Shown piece by piece: positions 8,120-17,106 of a stretch of DNA of 64,000 nucleotides. The notes below the pieces were generated by a model, which made no database searches, was not told the DNA's origin, and saw only the letters and a list, made by a program, of their open reading frames with translations. Each line of letters begins with the position of its first letter. Positions within the stretch are counted from its first letter, which is position 1. Source of the DNA: Herpetosiphon llansteffanensis (GTDB taxonomy: Bacteria; Chloroflexota; Chloroflexia; Chloroflexales; Herpetosiphonaceae); contig NZ_PUBZ01000089.1 in NCBI RefSeq assembly GCF_003205875.1, positions 1 through 64,000 on the forward strand, given 5' to 3'. Both the position numbers and the translations under genes were made by a program.

Positions 8120-9901
8120 TTGTCCCCTTCAATGAAACTTGATGTAGAAAGTGTAGAGGCAATGTCTACGTTAACCTATCCACACCTGCCCGCGCCCTTC
8201 GAAATCATCGGGGCTTGCGGCAAGCAGTCGAGCCATCGGCGTTTTTTTATGGCCAAAAAATCGGGCATTCCCTACTTGGTTTGGTGGGAAAGCCGCATTC
8301 CCGATGCCTTGCGTAAACAGCAAATGGTGGTGCAAATTGCCGAGCAGGCTGGGAGCGAAGTCGCTATTTTAGATGTTCAGGCCTTGTCGTTGCAACAACT
8401 TTTGGATACAGCTGGCAGCCTGCCTGCACCAGTTGCCGCTCAATATGCCTTGGGCCTGATCGAAACAGCCGAATTTAATCATCGCCAACGAACTGCATTG
8501 ACGAGTAGCAATCTGTATGGGCCAAACTTGCTCGACCTTGGTTCACAAGGCACGATTGTGCCAAAAATCGATTCCAGCTTGGCTCAAAAAGCCGCGCCAA
8601 TTCCAGCTCAATTATTGCCAGTCAACGAACAGCCAAACTCGCAAACCGATAGCTATTATATCGGAGCCTTGATTGCGTGGATGATGAGCGGCCAATTTGC
8701 CCCGCAAGGCAATCCTTTAGCCATGCTGCCAGCAATCGATGGCCGCCTAGCGAGCATTTTACAACGCGCCACTGCCGCCAATCCAAAACAACGACCAAGC
8801 GCCCAAGAGCTTGGCCAACTCATCCAAGATTGGTTATCGGGCAAAGTTACCGAAGCTGCCAAAAAGAAACCTTCAAAGCTGAAATGGGTGGTCGGTGCAA
8901 TTGGCACAGCAATCGTCACCTTCTTAGTCATCTATGGTTTATCGCAGCGTGATAAACCTGCTGATACTGAGTTTGGGCAGGCCAAAGCCAATGGTCCAAG
9001 CACCGATTTCCAATCAGACAAACCAGGCACAGGTTTGGCCATGCTCACTGATGTCAATGAAGTTGAGATTAATCGCATCGATGATACGGGCTATCCCGAC
9101 ATTGATATGTATCTGAGTATCATGCGCCCGACGGGGGTGATAACCGATGTGCCACGCCAAAATGTTAGCGTCTTTGAAAATAATAATAAAATTGAAAACT
9201 TCTCGTGGGTTAATCTCTCGAAGATTCGTGATCCGCTGAATATTATGTTGGTGATGGATACCAGCGGCAGCATGGGGCCAAGTAAAGAAGGCTTAACCGA
9301 TGGCGGTTTAGATGCAGCCAAAGTAGCAGCCCTCGATTTTATCGAGCGCCTGCCATCAAACACCAATCTTGGCTTAATTCACTTTGGCACGATGGTGACG
9401 GTTGATCACTCATTAACCGATGATATTGATGCAGTGCGCCAAAGCATTACCGAGCTTAAAGCCGAAGGCCAAACTGCGATTTATGATGCCTTGGCAATTA
9501 GCTACACCCAATTACGCCGCGCTGAAGGCCGCACATTCATCGTGCTGATTTCTGATGGCGCTGATACCGCCAGCAAGGGCGATAATTACGATAGCATTGT
9601 GGCTAAAGCTGCCAAAGCCAAAATTCCAACCTATATTATTGGCTTGACCAGCCCAGAATTTGATGGCAAATTGCTGGAAGATTTGCAACGCGATACCAAA
9701 GCCATGATCTACCAAACCCCATCCAAAGAGCAATTAACCAGCTTCTATGGCGAGGTCGCCCAAGAGGTTGCTGGCCAATATCGGGCAAGTTTCAGCGTGC
9801 CAGATAGCTATACAAGCGGCGCTGGAATTACGCTCAAGGTCGAGGTCAACGCTGGCGATGGCCGCTTAGTTACCAAAGAACGCAACTATAACAAACCTTA
9901 A
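8120..9901 (+). CDS. Ser/Thr pseudokinase-like domain, TM helix and von Willebrand factor A (vWA) domain protein
   Basis: The N-terminal ~250 aa have a kinase-like layout (FEIIGACGK degenerate G-loop, a PSAQELGQLIQDWL-like C-lobe) but no HRD or DFG catalytic motifs. A TM segment (WVVGAIGTAIVTFLVIYGL) follows. The C-terminal vWA has a MIDAS motif (VMDTSGSMG ... FGT ... LISDGADT). The start is uncertain; ATG 8132 and 8162 are alternatives. Confidence 0.6.
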   Translation: MSPSMKLDVESVEAMSTLTYPHLPAPFEIIGACGKQSSHRRFFMAKKSGIPYLVWWESRIPDALRKQQMVVQIAEQAGSEVAILDVQALSLQQLLDTAGSLPAPVAAQYALGLIETAEFNHRQRTALTSSNLYGPNLLDLGSQGTIVPKIDSSLAQKAAPIPAQLLPVNEQPNSQTDSYYIGALIAWMMSGQFAPQGNPLAMLPAIDGRLASILQRATAANPKQRPSAQELGQLIQDWLSGKVTEAAKKKPSKLKWVVGAIGTAIVTFLVIYGLSQRDKPADTEFGQAKANGPSTDFQSDKPGTGLAMLTDVNEVEINRIDDTGYPDIDMYLSIMRPTGVITDVPRQNVSVFENNNKIENFSWVNLSKIRDPLNIMLVMDTSGSMGPSKEGLTDGGLDAAKVAALDFIERLPSNTNLGLIHFGTMVTVDHSLTDDIDAVRQSITELKAEGQTAIYDALAISYTQLRRAEGRTFIVLISDGADTASKGDNYDSIVAKAAKAKIPTYIIGLTSPEFDGKLLEDLQRDTKAMIYQTPSKEQLTSFYGEVAQEVAGQYRASFSVPDSYTSGAGITLKVEVNAGDGRLVTKERNYNKP

Positions 9902-9926
9902 ACTGCTCACCGACAGCACGTTTTCA

Positions 9927-9962
9927 ATCGCAGCATCGTACCAATGCTGCGATTTTTATTTT
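9927..9962 (+). terminator. Rho-independent terminator
   Basis: 10-bp stem atcgcagcat/atgctgcgat, followed by ttttatttt. Confidence 0.6.
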
Positions 9963-10015
9963 GGCCGGAAGTTGTGCTACAGTGCAAACCACAATTGAAC
10001 CTATGAGAACACCCT

Positions 10016-10918
10016 ATGCTGGATTTACAAAAACTGCGCATGTTTGTGGCGGCAGCTCAAAGCCGCAATTTCACCCGCGCCGCCGAGCAACTCGATCTCA
10101 CGCAACCGACTGTTAGCCAACAAATCCAAACCCTCGAACGCGAACTTGGCGTGAGTTTGTTCGAACGGTTGAGTCGTGGCATCGAGCTAACCGCTGCTGG
10201 GCGAGCACTGTTACCCCATGCCGAGCAAATGATCGCGCTCGAACGGATTGCCGAACAGGCGGTACGCGCCGCTGCTGGCCAAAGCGAACGCACATTGCTT
10301 CTGGGCGTTGGCAATACCTTGGCCACCTATGCGCTGCCCGATTTGCTGCAACGCTTCAACTGGGAACACCCAGAATTTGTCGTGCACATCGGCACTGGCA
10401 ACACCGAGCAGTTGCTGGCTCAAGTGATTTCTGGCGAATTTGAATTGGCGCTGGTTGGTTCGCCGATTAGCCACAATCAATTGATCGTGATGCCATTTCT
10501 TAGCACCGAATTGGTGGTCATCGTCAGCCCCGATGACCCGTGGGCACGCTTGAAACAGATTAATCTCGAAGCCTTGCATGGGCGGCGAATGCTCTTGCGC
10601 GAGGAAGGCTCAGCATTGCAAGCGAGCGTCAGCGAGTTGCTCACCAAGCAACAAATTCGCCCCAAACAGCCAATTGTGCTTGGCAATCTCGAGGCAATCA
10701 AGCGCTCGGTTGAAGTTGGTTTGGGCATCGCCTTAGTACCAGCCATGGCCGTGCGCCGCGAAGTAGCAGCAGGGCGTTTGCGCCAATTGCATTTGGCCAA
10801 TATGCCAACGCGGCGGGTTTACAATGTGGTGCATCATCGCGACCGCCACATTACGAATGCAGCCCAATTATTCCTCGATCTTTTGCGCAAACCCTTGGGA
10901 CCCGATACTAACGAATGA
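10016..10918 (+). CDS. LysR-family transcriptional regulator
   Basis: N-terminal HTH (LRMFVAAAQSRNFTRAAEQLDLTQPTVSQQIQTLERELGVSLFER) plus a LysR substrate-binding domain. Confidence 0.85.
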   Translation: MLDLQKLRMFVAAAQSRNFTRAAEQLDLTQPTVSQQIQTLERELGVSLFERLSRGIELTAAGRALLPHAEQMIALERIAEQAVRAAAGQSERTLLLGVGNTLATYALPDLLQRFNWEHPEFVVHIGTGNTEQLLAQVISGEFELALVGSPISHNQLIVMPFLSTELVVIVSPDDPWARLKQINLEALHGRRMLLREEGSALQASVSELLTKQQIRPKQPIVLGNLEAIKRSVEVGLGIALVPAMAVRREVAAGRLRQLHLANMPTRRVYNVVHHRDRHITNAAQLFLDLLRKPLGPDTNE

Positions 10919-11002
10919 GCCATTGATATGATATGATACGAGCTATTGCTTCCGACCACCTTTTGGAGCAGAACCCGTTATGGGCTTGGGGGAATGGCCT
11001 GC

Positions 11003-11590
11003 ATGACCGATGCAGAACGACAATGGGTGAGCGCCGCCAAAGCTGGCGACGTTGAAGCCTTCAATCAATTAGTGCGCATGTACGAAGGTCGAGTCTATGG
11101 CTTGGCCTATCGCATGCTGGGCGATAGCGATAGCGCTGCCGATGTGGCCCAAGATACCTTTATCTCGGCATTTAAGGCAATTCAGCGCTTTCGCGAAGGC
11201 TCATTTGCGGCATGGTTGCTGCGCATCGCCACCAACGCGTGCTACGATGTGTTGCGCGCCCAAAAACGCCGCCGCACCACCTCGATGGATCAAATGCTTG
11301 CTGGCGATGATGATAGCCCTGGCGAGCAATTTGAAGATCAATCGCTGCCACTCGATCAGCACATGATCAATCGCGAGCTGCAAGCAGCCATCCAAGCAGG
11401 ATTGGCAACCTTGCCCGAAGATCAACGAGCAGTGTTGATTATGTGCGATATTCAAGGCTTTGCCTACGAGGAAATCGCGGCAGCTACTGATACCCAACTG
11501 GGCACAGTCAAATCGCGGCTCAGCCGAGCACGGGCAAAGTTGCGCGATTATCTTAAAAGTCGGGAACTTTTGCCAACTGCCGAACGTTAA
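11003..11590 (+). CDS. ECF-type RNA polymerase sigma factor (sigma-70 regions 2 and 4)
   Basis: Region 2 (VYGLAYRMLGDSDSAADVAQDTFISAFKAIQRF) and region 4 HTH (DQRAVLIMCDIQGFAYEEIAAATDTQLGTVKSRLSRARAKLR). The longest ORF starts at 10946; ATG 11003 (MTDAERQW) fits the family length. Confidence 0.8.
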   Translation: MTDAERQWVSAAKAGDVEAFNQLVRMYEGRVYGLAYRMLGDSDSAADVAQDTFISAFKAIQRFREGSFAAWLLRIATNACYDVLRAQKRRRTTSMDQMLAGDDDSPGEQFEDQSLPLDQHMINRELQAAIQAGLATLPEDQRAVLIMCDIQGFAYEEIAAATDTQLGTVKSRLSRARAKLRDYLKSRELLPTAER

Positions 11591-11620
11591 GCGTGATATG
11601 ACGACACAAGTGGGTATGCA

Positions 11621-12469
11621 ATGACACTAATATCTGAACAACAACAAGAACTTCTTTCGGCAGCCCTCGATGGTCAGCTTAGCGCCGCCGAGCAAGCTCA
11701 GTTGGATCAACAGCTTGAGCACGACCCTGGCTTAGCTGTAGAATTTGCCGAGTTGCGCTCGATGCAGGCGTTGTTGCAAGACCTCCCGCCTGTTCGACCA
11801 CCACGCAGCTTTACGCTTGATCCCGCCCTCCATGCGCCCAAACGTAGCTTCTGGCTCAGCGGCTGGACACGTTGGGTCACGGTAGTTGGCGTATTCGCGT
11901 TAATGCTGACGGTTGGCTTGCAGCTAACCAATCAGGCTGAGCAATCGATGACGATGGCTCCTGAATCGCGCATCCTGAGCACTGAATCAGCAGCTGTTCA
12001 ATCCCAGCAAAATGACGAAAGTGCTAATCCTGTAGCGACACCAATGGACACTGGCAGCGGCGGCGCAGCCATGCCAACCCCAGAGATGGCACTGCTGCAA
12101 CAACCAACTGGTGGAGCTGCCGATACAATGGGTGGGGCTTATCCACCGCCAGCCCAGCCATATGCTGCTGGCTCAGTTCCAATGAGCGATACGCTCGATA
12201 TGGCACGGAGCATCAGCCCTGAACAAGCGACTGCCTTAGCTGGCAATCCCTTGAACCAACCATTGATCGAGCCTAATCGCACCTCATCGCCCGATACCAA
12301 TGAGTTGGAGCAACCAGTGCTCAAGGATCAGGTGCTTGAGCAAGTAGCTCCTGCGCCAGCAGCTGAGTCTGAATCATCATTATTGCTCTGGTTCAGCATC
12401 GCACTTGTGCTCGGAGTTGGCTTAGCGTTCGCCATGGGCTATTGGTTCAAACTGCATAAACAAGCCTAA
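11621..12469 (+). CDS. Putative anti-sigma factor (membrane-anchored)
   Basis: Sits immediately downstream of the ECF sigma. N-terminal anti-sigma-like helix (LSAALDGQLSAAEQAQLDQQLEHDPGLAVEFAELRSMQALL), a TM segment (WVTVVGVFALMLTVGL), a low-complexity periplasmic part and a C-terminal hydrophobic segment. Confidence 0.6.
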   Translation: MTLISEQQQELLSAALDGQLSAAEQAQLDQQLEHDPGLAVEFAELRSMQALLQDLPPVRPPRSFTLDPALHAPKRSFWLSGWTRWVTVVGVFALMLTVGLQLTNQAEQSMTMAPESRILSTESAAVQSQQNDESANPVATPMDTGSGGAAMPTPEMALLQQPTGGAADTMGGAYPPPAQPYAAGSVPMSDTLDMARSISPEQATALAGNPLNQPLIEPNRTSSPDTNELEQPVLKDQVLEQVAPAPAAESESSLLLWFSIALVLGVGLAFAMGYWFKLHKQA

Positions 12470-12471
12470 AT

Positions 12472-13074
12472 TTACCACGGCTGCCCTTGTGCTTCTGCTT
12501 GGGCAGCCGTAATAAATTGGGCTAGCACTGCAATCCGTGCTTCAGCCAAACGCTGGGCGCTGGCAAGGCGCAGTTGGCTCGGCAAATGGTGTAGGTTGTG
12601 CTCCAAGGTCGCCAACACATCGCCAAAGGTTCGATAGCGTGTATCGCGACCAACTTTACTCACAATTCGCAAGATTCCTACCGCCCCTAGTTGCTCCAAA
12701 ATATCAGCATCGCGCAATAAAGTGGCTTCAAGGCTAGTTGGCGTTTGCTGCGGGCTATGTTGGCCAATCGCCGCCACCACCGCCGCAATTTTGGCGCTGG
12801 GGAATTGCCATTGTTGCAAGAGCGCAGGCACTTGGCGCATGGCATAGGCCACATTATCCCAAGCAGCCAATGCGGCAGGTTCAGCAGGCCGATGGCCAAT
12901 AAAGACTCCAAGATCGTGCAACCACGCCGCCGCATACAATACATCATCATCATAGACCAAACCTGCACCAAGTGTTATCGCCAACTGATATAAGCGCGGC
13001 TGATGGCTATATTTATCGATCGGCAGGGCTTGTTCACGAATATAAGTCTGAATCTGGGTGCGAAAATCTGGCAT
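12472..13074 (-). CDS. HD-domain phosphohydrolase
   Basis: HD motif AAWLHDLG. ATG 13074 (MPDFRTQIQ) is chosen over the longer ORF-track start because of an upstream GAGG RBS. Confidence 0.65.
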   Translation of the reverse strand: MPDFRTQIQTYIREQALPIDKYSHQPRLYQLAITLGAGLVYDDDVLYAAAWLHDLGVFIGHRPAEPAALAAWDNVAYAMRQVPALLQQWQFPSAKIAAVVAAIGQHSPQQTPTSLEATLLRDADILEQLGAVGILRIVSKVGRDTRYRTFGDVLATLEHNLHHLPSQLRLASAQRLAEARIAVLAQFITAAQAEAQGQPW

Positions 13075-13299
13075 AAAACGACCTCTTGCACTACGAAATT
13101 TCCATTTTAGCCGCCAAAAGCAACCCATCTGTCACCCGTGTAGACCCTACTTTTGAGAATTGACATAAACGTCGTATCACAGGTACACTACAGCGACCAC
13201 TCAACCACAACCCATTTTAGCAAGCAATGCTGCGTTGCCGAGCTTTAGGCGGTATGGTATAGTTTGGTTGACAGCAGTCTGCAACGTGAGAGCATCACC

Positions 13300-14121
13300 A
13301 TGAGCGTAATCGTCATTGATGACCAAGTTGTGCATTACGAGACCTTTGGGCGTGGTCGTCCAGTCCTATTTCTCCACGGCTGGCTCGGTTCGTGGCGCTA
13401 TTGGATGCCGACGATGGAATACGTTTCCAAAGATTTCCGCACATATTCGTTCGATTTTTGGGGTTTTGGTGATTCAGATAAAACAAGTACTGCCAAGAGC
13501 ATTAGCATTACCAATTTCTCTGATCAAGTGATTCGATTTTTGGATGCCATGGGCATCGATAAGGTTCCGCTGGTCGGCCACTCAATGGGCGGAATGGTCG
13601 CGCTCAAAACTGCAATCCGCCACCCCAATCGGATTAGCCGAGTTGCGGCTATTGGTGCTCCAATCGTTGGTACATCGCTTTCAGGCTTGCTCAAACTCAC
13701 CGATAATCAGTATGTTTCGCGAGCAATGGCGCGCGTGCCAGTCGTCACCAAGTTTTTGTTTCGCTGGTTTTTGGGCAATGTCAACGATACGTCCTATGGC
13801 GAAATTCTCGACGATAGCGTTAAGCCAACCGAAGAAAGTTTGCGCCGCGCCGTTGGCTCGATGATGCGCACCGATCTGCGGCCTGAACTCGAACAATTGA
13901 CGGTTCCGACCTTGGTTGTCCATGGCGCTCGCGACGATATTGTCAATCCCAATCAGGCCGATATTTTCTTACAACGCGATATGGCCAACACGCAAGTTTT
14001 TGTGATGCCAGAAAGTCGCCATTTTCCTTTCCTTGACGAGCCAGCTCAATTTAACAAGGTGCTTCACGCCTTCTTAAAACGGCCAGTCAACGAAACCCGT
14101 GCTGCTGCTGAAGCAGCATAG
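13300..14121 (+). CDS. alpha/beta-fold hydrolase
   Basis: GHSMGG nucleophile elbow, HGxxD acid motif (VVHGARDDIV) and C-terminal His (SRHFPFLDEP). ATG 13300 is the chosen start. Confidence 0.75.
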   Translation: MSVIVIDDQVVHYETFGRGRPVLFLHGWLGSWRYWMPTMEYVSKDFRTYSFDFWGFGDSDKTSTAKSISITNFSDQVIRFLDAMGIDKVPLVGHSMGGMVALKTAIRHPNRISRVAAIGAPIVGTSLSGLLKLTDNQYVSRAMARVPVVTKFLFRWFLGNVNDTSYGEILDDSVKPTEESLRRAVGSMMRTDLRPELEQLTVPTLVVHGARDDIVNPNQADIFLQRDMANTQVFVMPESRHFPFLDEPAQFNKVLHAFLKRPVNETRAAAEAA

Positions 14122-14138
14122 GTAGTTAGGTCAAGTTC

Positions 14139-14426
14139 ATGATTGATGAACAAACTGAAGCCTTAGTCCGGCGACTCAAAAGTATCGAAGGCCATGTGCG
14201 CGGCGTGCAACGTATGCTCGAAGAGGATGCCTACTGTATCGATGTGCTGCGTCAAACCCTGGCCATTCGCCGCGCACTCGAAAAAGTCGATGCCCTGGTG
14301 CTCGAACGCCATCTCTCAACCTGCGTAACCAATGCAATTCGCTCGCCCAACGAGGGCGAACGCGAACAGGCCATTACCGAAATTCTCGAAATTTTTGCGG
14401 CAACCCGCAGTGTTAGCGAGAAATAA
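14139..14426 (+). CDS. CsoR/RcnR-family metal-sensing transcriptional repressor (DUF156)
   Basis: ~95 aa with the conserved C..H..C-type pattern (YCIDVLRQTLAIRRALEKVDALVLERHLSTCV). Confidence 0.7.
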   Translation: MIDEQTEALVRRLKSIEGHVRGVQRMLEEDAYCIDVLRQTLAIRRALEKVDALVLERHLSTCVTNAIRSPNEGEREQAITEILEIFAATRSVSEK

Positions 14427-14434
14427 CCAACTCT

Positions 14435-15463
14435 ATGAATGAGCTGCTACCCTACCCATTGTTGGGCATTGTCGGCCAAAGCGAGCTAAAAACCGCGCTT
14501 ACCTTGGCCTTGGTCAATCCCGCTGTGGGTGGGGTTTTGTTAAGTGGCCCTTATGGCGTAGGCAAAACCACCGCCGTGCGCGGCTTGCTCGATATTATGC
14601 CCTTGGTCAAACGCTCGCGCTGTGAAAATAATTGCCCGCCCGACGACGAGAGCGACCTCTGCCCAACCTGCCTTGATTACCTCGAACGCGGCGAATCGCG
14701 GCTCAAAGATGATCTCATGCGCTTGATCGAGCTGCCACTCAACGCCCGCTTAGAGGATGTGGTCGGCGGTATGAACGAGCGCGTCGCCATCGAACAACAA
14801 CGGGTAGTGCTTGAAGAAGGGGTTTTGGCCCGCGCCAACAATAATTTGCTCTATGTCGATGAAATTAATTTGCTTGATCACGCGGTGATCGATGCGATTC
14901 TCGATGCTGCCGCCCAAGGCCAAACCTTCGTGCGCCGCGGGGCAATGGTCAAACTCTATCAAAGTCGCTTGGTGCTCATTGGTTCGATGAATCCAGAGGA
15001 AGGTCGCTTGCGTCCGCAAATCTTGGATCGTTTGGGCTTACGGGTGTGGGTCGGCCCGCAACCAACCGCCCGCGAACGGCTCGAAATCTATCGCCGCGCA
15101 ATTGCCTTTCGCCAAGATCGTACAGCCTTTCGGCTAGCCTATGCCCAGGCTACTACCCAACTGCGGCTTGATGTGCTCAAAGCCCGCGAGTTGCTGCCCA
15201 ACGTTCATCTAACCAAAGCTGCTGAACGCTATGCCATGCAGATTATTACTCAATTGGCGATTCCTTCGCATCGGGCTGAAATTGTGTTGCTGGAGGCTGC
15301 CCGCGCCCGCGCTGCTGCTGATGATCGGCTTCGCGCTACACCCAACGACATCAAAGCAGTTGCTCCAATGGCCTTGCGCTGGAGACAAAGCCCGCATCTC
15401 AGCGATTTTCTGAAGCAGCATGCAACCGAAGAAGGCCTGATCGCCCAAGCCTTGCAAGCCTAA
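14435..15463 (+). CDS. BchI/ChlI-family AAA+ ATPase (Mg-chelatase subunit I-like)
   Basis: N-terminus LLGIVGQSELKTALTLALVNPAVGGVLLSGPYGVGKTT (ChlI Walker A). Walker B YVDEINLLDHAVID, sensor/arginine finger LIGSMNPEEGRLRPQILDRLGL, and an inserted Cys cluster CENNCPPDDESDLCPTC. It lies 8 nt after the CsoR-like gene. No chlD/chlH partners are in the window. Confidence 0.75.
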   Translation: MNELLPYPLLGIVGQSELKTALTLALVNPAVGGVLLSGPYGVGKTTAVRGLLDIMPLVKRSRCENNCPPDDESDLCPTCLDYLERGESRLKDDLMRLIELPLNARLEDVVGGMNERVAIEQQRVVLEEGVLARANNNLLYVDEINLLDHAVIDAILDAAAQGQTFVRRGAMVKLYQSRLVLIGSMNPEEGRLRPQILDRLGLRVWVGPQPTARERLEIYRRAIAFRQDRTAFRLAYAQATTQLRLDVLKARELLPNVHLTKAAERYAMQIITQLAIPSHRAEIVLLEAARARAAADDRLRATPNDIKAVAPMALRWRQSPHLSDFLKQHATEEGLIAQALQA

Positions 15464-15855
15464 TAATAGACTTCGCGACCAAAAAAGGCTTCTACATCAC
15501 GCGAATTCATATAGGCCAGCACAATGACATTCCACAACATGCCGCCCCAAGCCCAGCGCTCACCCAACAAACCATCCAAAATATAGCCACCAATCGAAAC
15601 ATAGGCGCTGACAATGACAACCCACCACATGATCCGCCAGCCTTGAAACAGCGCCAAACCCATGACCACTTGAAAGCATGCGGTCACAACCAATACAATC
15701 GGATCTTCCGATAAGATAAATGATTGCAAAAAAGCTGGCACGCGCCCCAGCAAGGCCACGCCAATCTCAACCATTGCGGTCAGCACATAGCCAATCGCAA
15801 TCACGGTAATCAAAAATGGGCGGCCAAAAGCCAACGATTCATTGCGTTTGAGCAT
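15460..15855 (-). CDS. Small integral membrane protein (4 TM, DoxX-like guess)
   Basis: Hydrophobic helices throughout. ATG 15855 (MLKRNES) is chosen so the gene does not overlap cls. Confidence 0.45.
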   Translation of the reverse strand: MLKRNESLAFGRPFLITVIAIGYVLTAMVEIGVALLGRVPAFLQSFILSEDPIVLVVTACFQVVMGLALFQGWRIMWWVVIVSAYVSIGGYILDGLLGERWAWGGMLWNVIVLAYMNSRDVEAFFGREVYY

Positions 15856-15868
15856 ACTTGCTCCATTT

Positions 15869-17089
15869 CTACAAAATCGGCCACAGCGGCGAGAGCACCA
15901 GTTCAGCAGCCTTGGTATACCACGGACGCTGAATCCATTCGGCCAAGGTAAGTTCGCGGGCATTGGTCATATCGCAGGCAAAAATTGCTTGCATTCGTTC
16001 AGCAAAAGCCGCATTGTAAATTTCAAGATTAATTTCGTGGTTGCCCGCCAAACTCAGCCGATCAAGATTGGCCGTGCCAACCGTCGACCAAATGCCATCA
16101 ATCGTCGCGGTTTTGGCGTGAATCATGGCGTTTTCATACAGAAAAATTTTAATTCCATGGCGCAAGCAAAATTCAAAATAATGACGCGCCAGCCAATCAG
16201 CCAACACATGGTTCGATTCAGCTGGAACCAAAATCCGCACATCAACCCCGCGCCGCGCTGTGAGCACCAACGCCTCTAAAATCGCCCGATCAGGAATAAA
16301 ATAGGCGTTGCTAATGTAGACAAAACGCTCGGCCCGTTCAATCGCATCAAGATACATCGAACGAATTGGAAACACCAAACGCCCAGCATCGTTGCGCTGC
16401 ACTCGCACCGTTGATTGCCATTCCAAATCAAGGTCGATGTTGAGCCGAGGCAAGCGCCGCCGATAGCGATTCCATTGCGAAGCAAACATCTCGGCCAAAT
16501 TACTTACAATCGGCCCGCGCACTTGCACATGGGTGTCGCGCCACTCGGTGCGATACAATTCGCCCAAATTGTAGCCACCAATAAAGGCTACGTCGTTATC
16601 GACAACCAATAGTTTGCGATGGTCGCGCGCATACGAGCCAATATCAAAAATTTGCGATAAGCGCGGAAATGCCGGATAGGTCAACAAGTGAATTTCAGCA
16701 GGAAACTTTTTGAATTTACGCGGAACCACCAAATTTGCAAAACCATCGACAATCACATACACCGCCACGCCGCTATGCGCTTTACGCATCAAGGCATCGC
16801 GAAATTTTTGGCCTAATTCATCGCCTTTGAAAATAAACGTTTCGAGCAAAATCAAGCGTTGCGCCGATTCGATAGCTTGCAGCATCGCCGGAAACAGCTC
16901 TTCGCCCGACATATACAACTGAAATTCATGGCGATCGTCGCTGGTTGGCGGCAGGCTAATCCGTGGATAGCGTTTATAGCTGGTTGGTCGCCATTTGCGC
17001 ACGCCAATCAACAAAAAAGCCAAGCTCACTTGGAGTACCACGATTACCACCAGCATCGTTATCAGATCTTGAAATGATTCAAATGGCAT
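15869..17089 (-). CDS. cls: Cardiolipin synthase (phospholipase D superfamily, two HKD motifs)
   Basis: HKD motifs HRKLLVVDNDVAFIGGYNLGE and HAKTATIDGIWSTVGTANLD, with an N-terminal TM helix. Confidence 0.85.
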   Translation of the reverse strand: MPFESFQDLITMLVVIVVLQVSLAFLLIGVRKWRPTSYKRYPRISLPPTSDDRHEFQLYMSGEELFPAMLQAIESAQRLILLETFIFKGDELGQKFRDALMRKAHSGVAVYVIVDGFANLVVPRKFKKFPAEIHLLTYPAFPRLSQIFDIGSYARDHRKLLVVDNDVAFIGGYNLGELYRTEWRDTHVQVRGPIVSNLAEMFASQWNRYRRRLPRLNIDLDLEWQSTVRVQRNDAGRLVFPIRSMYLDAIERAERFVYISNAYFIPDRAILEALVLTARRGVDVRILVPAESNHVLADWLARHYFEFCLRHGIKIFLYENAMIHAKTATIDGIWSTVGTANLDRLSLAGNHEINLEIYNAAFAERMQAIFACDMTNARELTLAEWIQRPWYTKAAELVLSPLWPIL

Positions 17090-17106
17090 CCGCCGTACTC
17101 CATCAA

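Noticed and set aside
14435-15463. BchI as evidence of bacteriochlorophyll synthesis or phototrophy
   Set aside because: It is a single ChlI-like ATPase with no bchD/bchH or other bch genes nearby. ChlI-like ATPases are common in non-phototrophs.
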